From NCBI GenBank assembly GCA_026415775.1, contig JAOAGL010000001.1, positions 111,057-175,056 of the forward strand: a stretch of 64,000 nucleotides of DNA, given 5' to 3'. This DNA is from Patescibacteria group bacterium (GTDB taxonomy: Bacteria > Patescibacteriota > Minisyncoccia > UBA6257 > JAAZHW01). A program made the translations under genes and the position numbers. The notes beneath the pieces were generated by a model, which worked only from the letters and a program-made list of their open reading frames with translations, was not told the origin of the DNA and searched no databases. The first letter of the stretch is position 1. Every line of letters begins with the position of its first letter. Positions 1-6,755 of this stretch are shown piece by piece.

Positions 1-368
1 TAGATATTGAGCAACAAACAGCTAATAAAGGATTATTATCAGGTATTTCTTCTGCTTGTGCCGAATCGGGTCAATGCACCTTGGTTGATTTTATGGTTGT
101 TGTAAAAAATATCTTTCTTTTATTGCGACAAATCGCTTTTTGGGCAGCGGTTGGATTTGGAATTTATGGTGGTATTACATTGATAATTTCTCAAGGCAAC
201 CCTTCAAAAATTAAAAGTGGTAAAAATATTATTTTGGCAGCTTTTGTTGGATTAATGATTGTTTATGGCGTGAGCTTAATTATAAATATAATTCTTTTGG
301 CTATAAATAAGCAACCGATTAATTTGGAGCAAATTTGGAATCCTCAAATAATATTTGTAAATGAATAA
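1..368 (+). CDS. VirB2/TrbC-like type IV secretion pilin family protein (5' partial; frame is open to the window start)
   Basis: No stop upstream of the tool-listed Met at 81 in this frame back to nt 3, so the ORF enters from outside the window. Has a Cys-x4-Cys pair (SACAESGQC), then a hydrophobic hairpin with a G-NPSKIKSGKNIIL motif that is also found in the next three ORFs. Small size fits a pilin. Confidence 0.5.
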   Translation, partial: DIEQQTANKGLLSGISSACAESGQCTLVDFMVVVKNIFLLLRQIAFWAAVGFGIYGGITLIISQGNPSKIKSGKNIILAAFVGLMIVYGVSLIINIILLAINKQPINLEQIWNPQIIFVNE

Positions 369-945
369 AAATATGATTTTTTACAAATTATTGACCAAAT
401 TTTTTATTTTTTCTATATTGTTAATAGCAGTATTTTTAACAAATTATGCGTTTGCTCAAGAAGGACTTCCTGATCCTTTGGGAGGTAAAACTCTTTTAGG
501 ATTAGCTGAAACGATTGTTAAATGGCTAATGCAGATTGCTGTGCCGTTAACTGCGATTATGACAATCTGGGGTGCAATTTTGATGATGACAGCAATGGGC
601 AATCCTCAAAAAATTAAACAAGCCCAAGGCGCTTTAACTTGGGCGGTAGCTGGATTAGTGGTAATCATTATTTTGCAAGGTTTATTTGAGTTTGGGCAGA
701 CCACTATTTCTGAAGCAGAAGGATTATCCGATTTATTAAATACTATTCAGCAATATTTACTTTTTATTGGAGGCCCATTATCAATAGTTATATTTTTATA
801 CGGCTCCTATTTATTAGGAACTGCTAAACCCGAAAATGTTAAAACAGGAAAAAATATTTTAATTTGGACTTCGGTTGCTTTGGCAATTATTAGTATTTTT
901 ACCGTCGCCAATCTTATCAATATTATTAATCAATTGGCAAAATAA
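361..945 (+). CDS. VirB2/TrbC-like T4SS pilin paralog, internally duplicated (two pilin modules fused)
   Basis: Signal peptide (MNKNMIFYKLLTKFFIFSILLIAVFLTNYAFAQE). Two copies of the TM-hairpin plus motif: GNPQKIKQAQGALTWAVAGLVVIIIL and AKPENVKTGKNILIWTSVALAIISIF. Confidence 0.55.
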   Translation: MNKNMIFYKLLTKFFIFSILLIAVFLTNYAFAQEGLPDPLGGKTLLGLAETIVKWLMQIAVPLTAIMTIWGAILMMTAMGNPQKIKQAQGALTWAVAGLVVIIILQGLFEFGQTTISEAEGLSDLLNTIQQYLLFIGGPLSIVIFLYGSYLLGTAKPENVKTGKNILIWTSVALAIISIFTVANLINIINQLAK

Positions 946-947
946 AT

Positions 948-1298
948 ATGAAGAAAAAAATTGTATTACCATTTTTAATTATTGTTGGTTTAATGCCGAC
1001 AATTTTAATAATGGCCCAAACGAATGAGGCTTTACCCACAATTCAAGTGAAAAATGTAGATGATGTAATTAAAATAATTAACAATGTTGCTGCCTGGATG
1101 TATAGAATTATTTTGGCAATAGCCGGCATTTTTGTTTTAATGGCTGCTTTCACCTTCTTTTCAGCTGGCGAAAAAACAGAAAATGTGAAAAAAGCCAGAA
1201 ATCAAATTTATTATGCGGTAGTGGCTTTAGTGGTAGCTGTTTTAGCTTTTAGTATTAAAGAAATTGTGATTAAAATTTTAACAACGACAACAAAATAA
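948..1298 (+). CDS. VirB2/TrbC-like T4SS pilin paralog
   Basis: Signal peptide, then two TM helices separated by the GEKTENVKKARNQIYYAVVALVVAVLAFSI motif. The 116-aa length and topology are typical of VirB2/TrbC pilins. Confidence 0.55.
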   Translation: MKKKIVLPFLIIVGLMPTILIMAQTNEALPTIQVKNVDDVIKIINNVAAWMYRIILAIAGIFVLMAAFTFFSAGEKTENVKKARNQIYYAVVALVVAVLAFSIKEIVIKILTTTTK

Positions 1299-1345
1299 TA
1301 AAAAATAAAAGGTCGTTTAAATAAAATAATTAAAACAAATTTAAT

Positions 1346-1708
1346 ATGAAAAAAATAAAAGAAATTGGTTTGTGGGTTATAACATTGAGCTTAGTTTTAG
1401 GTCCAGCAGTTTCAGTTTTTGCTCAAACCGTAGCTACAGCCAATACGCCACAACCCAAGGACTTAGGTACTTGGTTGGGCGTCGTAAAAACCGTCTTTCG
1501 ATGGATTTATACTATTATTTTAGTTATATCAGTTGGTCTGGGTCTTTATGCCGCATTTTTATATCTTACTTCTGGAGGAGATGCTGGTAAAGTAAAACAA
1601 GCTAGTAAATATTTGATTTATGCTATTATTGGTTTAGTAGTAGCAGTATTAGCCTTTAGTATTACAAGTATTGTAGGCAGTTTAATTAACGAGCAGATGA
1701 ATGTTTAA
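1346..1708 (+). CDS. VirB2/TrbC-like T4SS pilin paralog
   Basis: Signal peptide ending AQT. Motif GGDAGKVKQASKYLIYAIIGLVVAVLAFSI is almost identical to the preceding paralog. 120 aa. Confidence 0.55.
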   Translation: MKKIKEIGLWVITLSLVLGPAVSVFAQTVATANTPQPKDLGTWLGVVKTVFRWIYTIILVISVGLGLYAAFLYLTSGGDAGKVKQASKYLIYAIIGLVVAVLAFSITSIVGSLINEQMNV

Positions 1709-1736
1709 TAAGAAGAAATATGTCAATTTTAAATCA

Positions 1737-1762
1737 AGGCCAGTTTTTAAAACTGGCCTTGA
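1737..1762 (+). terminator. Rho-independent terminator closing the pilin array
   Basis: Hairpin aggccagtttttaaaactggcct followed by a T-run (tgattttttt). Confidence 0.5.
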
Positions 1763-1807
1763 TTTTTTTATCAAAAAATCTGTTAGAAAATTATTGTATT
1801 AATTGAG

Positions 1808-1890
1808 TGCCGAGGGAGGGATTCGAACCCTCAACCCCAAATGGGACTAGGTCCTAAGCCTAGCGCGTCTGCCAATTCCGCCACCTCGGC
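1808..1890 (-). tRNA. tRNA-Leu (anticodon TAG), class II with long variable arm
   Basis: Reverse complement reads GCCGAGGTGGCGGAATTGGCAGACGC...GGCTTAGGACC... with long variable arm ...GGTTCGAATCCCTCCCTCGGCA. Acceptor and T-arm are canonical. Anticodon loop is CTTAGGA. Confidence 0.8.
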
Positions 1891-1894
1891 CAAT

Positions 1895-2821
1895 TTATTT
1901 TATTAAAATCAAATCCAAAATTTTTTCAAATGCTTTTTGGCTGGTAGCAACAATAAAATACTCATTGTAAAAACCATAATAAAATTCATTGCCGGTTGAA
2001 AATTTAATGTACTGAGCTTTTATTGGTCCGATTTCTTTGGGTAAAAATGGTTGGGTTGGACTTCCAATATTTTCCAGATATTGAGAGGTTAATAAATCAG
2101 GATTTTGTTCAATCATTTTTTCAAAAGCTAAACCAAATTTTGATTTTAAGTTTGACAAAGCAAAAACTGATAAGCCCGAGGCATTGATTTTACTAACATA
2201 AGCGATTGATTTTTTGCTTAATTCATCGGAATAAACAATAAATGAAAAGTTAGCAAAAAACTTCGGTTGTTCACTAGAAGCTATGCCTGAAAAATTATTA
2301 TAGAGCAAACGAAGAAATTCGTCGGTTGTAATAAAATCTCCCGTGGATTTTGTAAAAATAATTTCTTGGATATTTTGAGGACCAAGCAGATGCTTTTTAA
2401 TAAGAATCTTTTCAAAGTCATCCAAGGACAAATCCATTAATTCATAAACAGACTGACCGGAGAAATTTATTAATAGCGAAACGTATTGGGCTTTTGGAGT
2501 TGGTGTAATAGAGGTTTTAGGAGTCTGGGGTTTGTGAGACAGAAAATAAATTAGGCCGACAATTACTGCTAATCCCAAAATTGTTCCGCCAATAATAAAA
2601 AGTAAATTTTTTTTCTGAGGTTTAATTTCTTGATCAGCGGTATCAGTAGGGAAAAAAGTAATAACCTGTTCCTGATTAATTTTCTGGCTTATTTCTTCAA
2701 AATCTCTTCCAAGAATTTTTCCACTAACTAATCCTCCACCACTTTTGCGAAGGTCTTCAACATCAGTTTCAAGTGTGCGGATTTTAATTTGAGATGGTGG
2801 TTTTTTAAGAATTTCCGCCAT
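1895..2821 (-). CDS. hypothetical membrane-anchored protein
   Basis: 308-aa ORF with a single TM (LLFIIGGTILGLAVIVGLIYF) after an N-terminal cytoplasmic segment. No family recognised. Confidence 0.4.
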   Translation of the reverse strand: MAEILKKPPSQIKIRTLETDVEDLRKSGGGLVSGKILGRDFEEISQKINQEQVITFFPTDTADQEIKPQKKNLLFIIGGTILGLAVIVGLIYFLSHKPQTPKTSITPTPKAQYVSLLINFSGQSVYELMDLSLDDFEKILIKKHLLGPQNIQEIIFTKSTGDFITTDEFLRLLYNNFSGIASSEQPKFFANFSFIVYSDELSKKSIAYVSKINASGLSVFALSNLKSKFGLAFEKMIEQNPDLLTSQYLENIGSPTQPFLPKEIGPIKAQYIKFSTGNEFYYGFYNEYFIVATSQKAFEKILDLILIK

Positions 2822-2851
2822 ATTTTTATTATAATTAAATTTTTCAAATAA

Positions 2852-4018
2852 TTAAAAACTGTGAATTATTTCAAAAATAGCTCCTCCAATTAAAAGAAAA
2901 ATGAGAATAATTCTTATAAATTGTGGAATTTTTATAATGTAAGGTGGAATTTGATTTCCTTTTTGTTGAGCTTTTTTATGAATGAGAAAATTTAATAAAC
3001 TTTCAATTCCTAATATAGAAGCGCCTAAAAATCCAATGACTTTAATAAAATTATGAATGCCTAATTGATAAAGAAGGAGAGGTAAGATTACAGGAACGAA
3101 CCATGCCCATTTTTTATTGATTCGGAGATCAAAAATTAGAGCATTTTTGAAGTTAAAAGCCAGAATAAAATAAGAGGTAATAATTAAAAGGAGTCCAAGC
3201 AAATCAGTCGTGATGCCCAAAATGGGATTTTTGGAAATTAGTTGAGGCACTACATCCCATTGAATATTGCCATTGCCTAATATTCCCAAAATACCTAGTG
3301 CAAAAATTAAATATAAAAAAGCGGGGACGATGCTACCTAAAATAATAGGTTTTTTAAAATTAATTTCATGGGGTGTTAGAGATTTTTTACGGAAATAATT
3401 AAAAATTTCCGGCACGGCTGAACCACCAGATAAAGCAAAAAGTAAAACGCCATAAGGCAAGAAAAAATCTTTAAAATTCATTAAAGGAACGCTTGCTAAA
3501 TTTAGATGGGGTGCCCCTAGAATAAAAAATCCAAAAATTAAAATTAAAATTAAAATAGCTCCAATAGCTTCGCCAAAACTGATAAATCTAATGCCTAGAA
3601 TTACCCCCAAAGAACCAAACAACCAGAGCAGCAAAACAGCTAAGTTTAAATCTATTGGTTGGCCAATAATATTGAAAAAATTGTAAATAAATTGACCGCC
3701 TAAAATCAAATAAGCCAAAAGACAACCTCCAACGCTAATAAAAGTGGTCAATGTGACTAATTTTTTCGCCCAAGGGCCTAAATAAATTTCTGCCAATCCA
3801 ATAAAGCGATGTTCCTCTTTTGTTCTTAGAAGAGATTCACCGAAAATTAAATGAGTAATTGTGCAGATTAGCGTTGCTAAAATGAGATAAAATAAAAAAA
3901 TTAAAATACCTGATTGTGAAAAGACATAAGGCAAAGAAAAAATTCCGGCACCTAAAATAGTGCCAGCTAAAATTGTTGAAGCGGCAAAATAAATTTCAAT
4001 CTTTTTAAATTGACTCAT
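2852..4018 (-). CDS. polytopic membrane transporter, amino-acid permease-like (Trp/Tyr permease/HAAAP-like)
   Basis: About 11 predicted TM helices. N-terminal FAASTILAGTILGAGIFSLPYVF resembles the HAAAP/aromatic amino acid permease signature. Confidence 0.45.
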   Translation of the reverse strand: MSQFKKIEIYFAASTILAGTILGAGIFSLPYVFSQSGILIFLFYLILATLICTITHLIFGESLLRTKEEHRFIGLAEIYLGPWAKKLVTLTTFISVGGCLLAYLILGGQFIYNFFNIIGQPIDLNLAVLLLWLFGSLGVILGIRFISFGEAIGAILILILIFGFFILGAPHLNLASVPLMNFKDFFLPYGVLLFALSGGSAVPEIFNYFRKKSLTPHEINFKKPIILGSIVPAFLYLIFALGILGILGNGNIQWDVVPQLISKNPILGITTDLLGLLLIITSYFILAFNFKNALIFDLRINKKWAWFVPVILPLLLYQLGIHNFIKVIGFLGASILGIESLLNFLIHKKAQQKGNQIPPYIIKIPQFIRIILIFLLIGGAIFEIIHSF

Positions 4019-4475
4019 CGGAAGATTTTTTAATTTTTCTAGTTAAACTTTTTTCGACAAAATAAAAAATAATCAAAACAATTAAAACTAGACAAGTAGC
4101 AATAATAGCTAAACTGTATAGTTTAAAACCAACAGCCATACCTATGGCTGCCGAAACCCATAAACTGGCGGCAGTGGTGATGCCATAAATTTTGGAACGA
4201 TGAAAAATAATAACGCCAGCGCCGAGGAATCCAATGCCAACAATAATTTGTGAAGCTAAGCGTGATGGATCAAAAGATAATCCATTGCCACCAATGGCTT
4301 TATACTTTAAAGCCATTGTTTCGGAGATAATAGTAAATAAAGTAGCACCTAAACAAACAAGCGAATAAGTTCTAAATCCTGCTGGTTTTTGGGCTAATTG
4401 TCTTTCTAATCCAATAAGAGAACCCAATAATAAAGATAAAAGAAGTTGTCCGAGAATGATTAAATCTCCACTCAT
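4005..4475 (-). CDS. MgtC/SapB family membrane protein
   Basis: LLGSLIGLERQ...GFRTYSLVCLGATLFTI matches the MgtC N-terminal domain consensus. Four TM helices. Confidence 0.6.
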   Translation of the reverse strand: MSGDLIILGQLLLSLLLGSLIGLERQLAQKPAGFRTYSLVCLGATLFTIISETMALKYKAIGGNGLSFDPSRLASQIIVGIGFLGAGVIIFHRSKIYGITTAASLWVSAAIGMAVGFKLYSLAIIATCLVLIVLIIFYFVEKSLTRKIKKSSDESI

Positions 4476-4497
4476 TAAAGTTGATTTTTATAAAAGG

Positions 4498-4848
4498 TTA
4501 TTCGACTAAATAAATCTCATTTCCTTCGTGTACTTTTTGAATAACTTTAATTCCAACCTCATCGCCTTTTTTGGCTTTTTTAACTGGTTCGTGTTCAATT
4601 TGCATTGAGGTAACTTCTTGTTCAAATAAATCTCCTAAATGACTGCGGAAGAGAATTTTATCACCTATAGATAAAGGGGCTTTTAATTTTAAAGCCGCTA
4701 CACTAATTTTGTCAAAATAATGTGTAACAACACCTACTAATTTTTCTTTTTTCTGGGTTTTTGCTTTGGATTTTACAATTTTGGTCTTGCTTTTAGATTT
4801 TTTGTTTGATTTTTTGCTTTTTGATGTGGTTTTGGTTTTTTTAGGCAT
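4498..4848 (-). CDS. hypothetical basic (Lys-rich) protein with C-terminal beta-barrel-like domain
   Basis: About 40-aa N-terminal K/S/T-rich tail, then a compact domain. No confident family assignment. Confidence 0.35.
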   Translation of the reverse strand: MPKKTKTTSKSKKSNKKSKSKTKIVKSKAKTQKKEKLVGVVTHYFDKISVAALKLKAPLSIGDKILFRSHLGDLFEQEVTSMQIEHEPVKKAKKGDEVGIKVIQKVHEGNEIYLVE

Positions 4849-4872
4849 TTTTTTTATTTTAAAAATCGACCT

Positions 4873-5445
4873 TTAAAAATGATTGTTTGTTTTCTTTTCT
4901 TTATGGATAGCTTCAATTAATTGTTCTACTAATTCTTTCGGGTTACTATTAAAAATTACTTTGCCGGGTCCGCGACGTGCTTTTTCAATAATTTCTTTAA
5001 GCATATCTGAAATACCACCTGTTCCTTCTAGAACTCCTGTGAGTTTGTTTTCTTCAAATGCGACAGTAAATTCGTTTAATGTACCAATACGACCGCAAAT
5101 AGTTATAACAGCATCAGCAGCGCGGGTTAAAAGTAAATTGCGTCCTGCGTATCCCGACCCAGTATAGATAATTAAATCGTGATAATCAATTGGAAGATGA
5201 TATTTTTTAACATGTTCTTGTTCGGAAATAGCAGGTGATAAACCTATAACAATTCCCCCTGCTTCTTTGGCGGCTTTAGCCACCCAATAAGGAGCACCTG
5301 TTGTGGCACCTGTTACAACAACACAATCATGTTTAACTAATTCCCGTCCCAATTCCATAGACATTTCCATTGCTTGGGGACTACAAAGACCAGTTTCGGC
5401 AGCGCCGGAAATGGCAATTTTGATTTTTGGTTTAAAAATTTCCAT
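4873..5445 (-). CDS. LOG/TIGR00725-family Rossmann-fold protein (lysine decarboxylase-like/SLOG)
   Basis: VVTGATTGAPYWVAKAAKEAGGIVIGL and CGRIGTLNEF fit the LOG/DprA-like Rossmann motifs GGGxGxM and PGGxGTxxE. Confidence 0.5.
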   Translation of the reverse strand: MEIFKPKIKIAISGAAETGLCSPQAMEMSMELGRELVKHDCVVVTGATTGAPYWVAKAAKEAGGIVIGLSPAISEQEHVKKYHLPIDYHDLIIYTGSGYAGRNLLLTRAADAVITICGRIGTLNEFTVAFEENKLTGVLEGTGGISDMLKEIIEKARRGPGKVIFNSNPKELVEQLIEAIHKEKKTNNHF

Positions 5446-5492
5446 ATAGAATAATTATAATTAAAAAATTTTAAAAATAAAAATTTAATCAG

Positions 5493-5565
5493 TCCGCCCA
5501 GCAGGACTCGAACCTGCAACCGTTTGCTTAAGAGGCAACTGCTCTGCCAATTGAGCTATGGGCGG
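5493..5565 (-). tRNA. tRNA-Lys (anticodon CTT)
   Basis: Reverse complement CCGCCCATAGCTCAATTGGCAGAGCAGTTGCCTCTTAAGCAACGGTTGCAGGTTCGAGTCCTGCTGGGCGGA folds as a cloverleaf. Anticodon loop CTCTTAA. Confidence 0.75.
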
Positions 5566-5602
5566 ATATTTATATATTAAGGAAATTTTGGATTTCTTCA
5601 AG

Positions 5603-5625
5603 AAAAAAAAGGTCCTTAAAAAAGG
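5603..5625. terminator. bidirectional hairpin terminator
   Basis: aggtcctt-aaaaa-aggacct stem-loop flanked by A-run and T-run between convergent or adjacent units. Confidence 0.4.
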
Positions 5626-6293
5626 ACCTGTTGATATGTTTTATTTGCTACTTTTGCAATTTCAGTCATTATCCGATTGGTAGCTTCAATTAAAAACTGG
5701 GGATTTTCATCAATTTCTTTTTGATTTTTTATTTCGAGTTGAAATGGTTTGCCAATTCGAATTTCTTTTTTCGCAAAGAATCCGATAACACCCTCTTTAA
5801 ATCCATAAGTGCTCGGTCCAAAACATCCGATAGGAATAATCTGACAACCACTTATTAAAGCTATTACCGCCGCCCCCCTTTTTCCTTTTTTTAAAGAGGA
5901 AAAGGGATTTCGATGGCCTTCTGGGAAAATAACCACTATATTTCCTTCGTTAATTAATTTAACAGCCTTGATTAAACTTTCGCGCGCTGCTGGCAAATAG
6001 CCAATACTATCCATTCCGAGCGTTAATATTGTGCTTATTACATGATATTTAAGAAAATTTTTCTGGAGATGCTTGGCACCAATAAAGAAAACCTTTTTCT
6101 TTTTAGGTAAAAGATACATTTTAAAGTAGGCATAAAGAGCAGCAGCTATTATTGGCGGATCATAATTATTCTGATGATTAGCAATAATTAAAAATCCTCC
6201 GTCTTTTGGTAAATTTTCCAATCCCTCAATTTTTTCTAATCTCGGTCTGATTAAGGAATAAACAAAAAAATAGAGTAGTTTATAGAATAACAT
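5616..6293 (-). CDS. plsC: 1-acyl-sn-glycerol-3-phosphate acyltransferase
   Basis: H(x4)D acyltransferase motif (IIANHQNNYDP) and FPEGHRN (FPEGTR motif). Confidence 0.75.
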   Translation of the reverse strand: MLFYKLLYFFVYSLIRPRLEKIEGLENLPKDGGFLIIANHQNNYDPPIIAAALYAYFKMYLLPKKKKVFFIGAKHLQKNFLKYHVISTILTLGMDSIGYLPAARESLIKAVKLINEGNIVVIFPEGHRNPFSSLKKGKRGAAVIALISGCQIIPIGCFGPSTYGFKEGVIGFFAKKEIRIGKPFQLEIKNQKEIDENPQFLIEATNRIMTEIAKVANKTYQQVLF

Positions 6294-6363
6294 TCTAAAC
6301 CTCCTTCTAATAAAAATTTTTAAAAACCCACTTTATTTTATTAGTTTTTTTAATTTTTTCAAT

Positions 6364-6543
6364 TGTGCCCTCGGAGGGATTCGCCTACAAGTAATCTGCC
6401 TGACGGCAGATTCTCGCAGGCCGCCCCTCGCGGTGCTCGCCTTTTCCGCTTGCGCGGAAAAACTCGCACATCGCTGCGGGCTTCGAATCCTCCACGCAAG
6501 CAAAGCAGTTTGCTTGCTCGAGGTCACTCTCGCTTTGCTCGAG
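6364..6543. repeat. GC-rich, hairpin-dense tRNA-derived element containing a degenerate copy of the tRNA-Arg 3' end
   Basis: tgccctcggagggattcg (6366-6383) matches the tRNA-Arg 3' end tgccctcgggaggattcg (6544-6561) at 16 of 18 positions. Between them is about 160 nt at roughly 60% GC with perfect hairpins: ctgcc/ggcag, ttttccgc/gcggaaaa, gcaagcaaa/tttgcttgc. It does not fold as a cloverleaf. Confidence 0.5.
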
Positions 6544-6615
6544 TGCCCTCGGGAGGATTCGAACCCCCAATTCCAGTTCCGAAGACTGGCGTGATATCCG
6601 TTTCACCACGAGGGC
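6544..6615 (-). tRNA. tRNA-Arg (anticodon TCG)
   Basis: Reverse complement GCCCTCGTGGTGAAACGGATATCACGCCAGTCTTCGGAACTGGAATTGGGGGTTCGAATCCTCCCGAGGGCA. Canonical arms, anticodon loop CTTCGGA. Confidence 0.8.
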
Positions 6616-6755
6616 TAGAAATTGCAAGTTCTTTTTTAAATTTAATACTTTTCTTTTAAAAATCAACCCCATTGCATATTAAAAGAAAAATTGAAAGAAA
6701 AAATTATGTAAGTTATAATATCCAAAATAGTCAATTTGCCCCTCCTATTCCCCTT

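Noticed and set aside
1372-1590. 72-aa ORF inside the fourth pilin gene
   Set aside because: Alternative frame, Ser/Cys-rich low-complexity product. The 1346..1708 frame encodes a recognisable signal peptide plus pilin motif.
4883-5167. Plus-strand 94-aa ORF antisense to the LOG-family gene, and similar antisense ORFs (5337..5519, 11393..11808, 12745..12948, 13050..13241, 26047..26523, 38368..38601, 54284..54982, 57411..58562, 59522..59834)
   Set aside because: They overlap well-supported genes on the opposite strand, lack start context and have low-complexity products typical of AT-rich antisense frames.
6364-6543. A second tRNA gene or an intron-containing tRNA in the GC-rich element
   Set aside because: I tried folding both strands. 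There is no matching acceptor stem and no proper T-arm (the GGAGGATTCGAAG segment lacks a complementary stem). Only the 3'-terminal 18 nt resemble the tRNA.
6333-6672. Six-frame ORFs 6333..6527(-), 6363..6659(+) and 6385..6672(-) spanning the GC-rich region and tRNA-Arg
   Set aside because: They overlap a canonical tRNA and a hairpin-dense non-coding element. The ORFs are open only because of the GC-rich composition. The products are Arg/Ser-rich and low-complexity.
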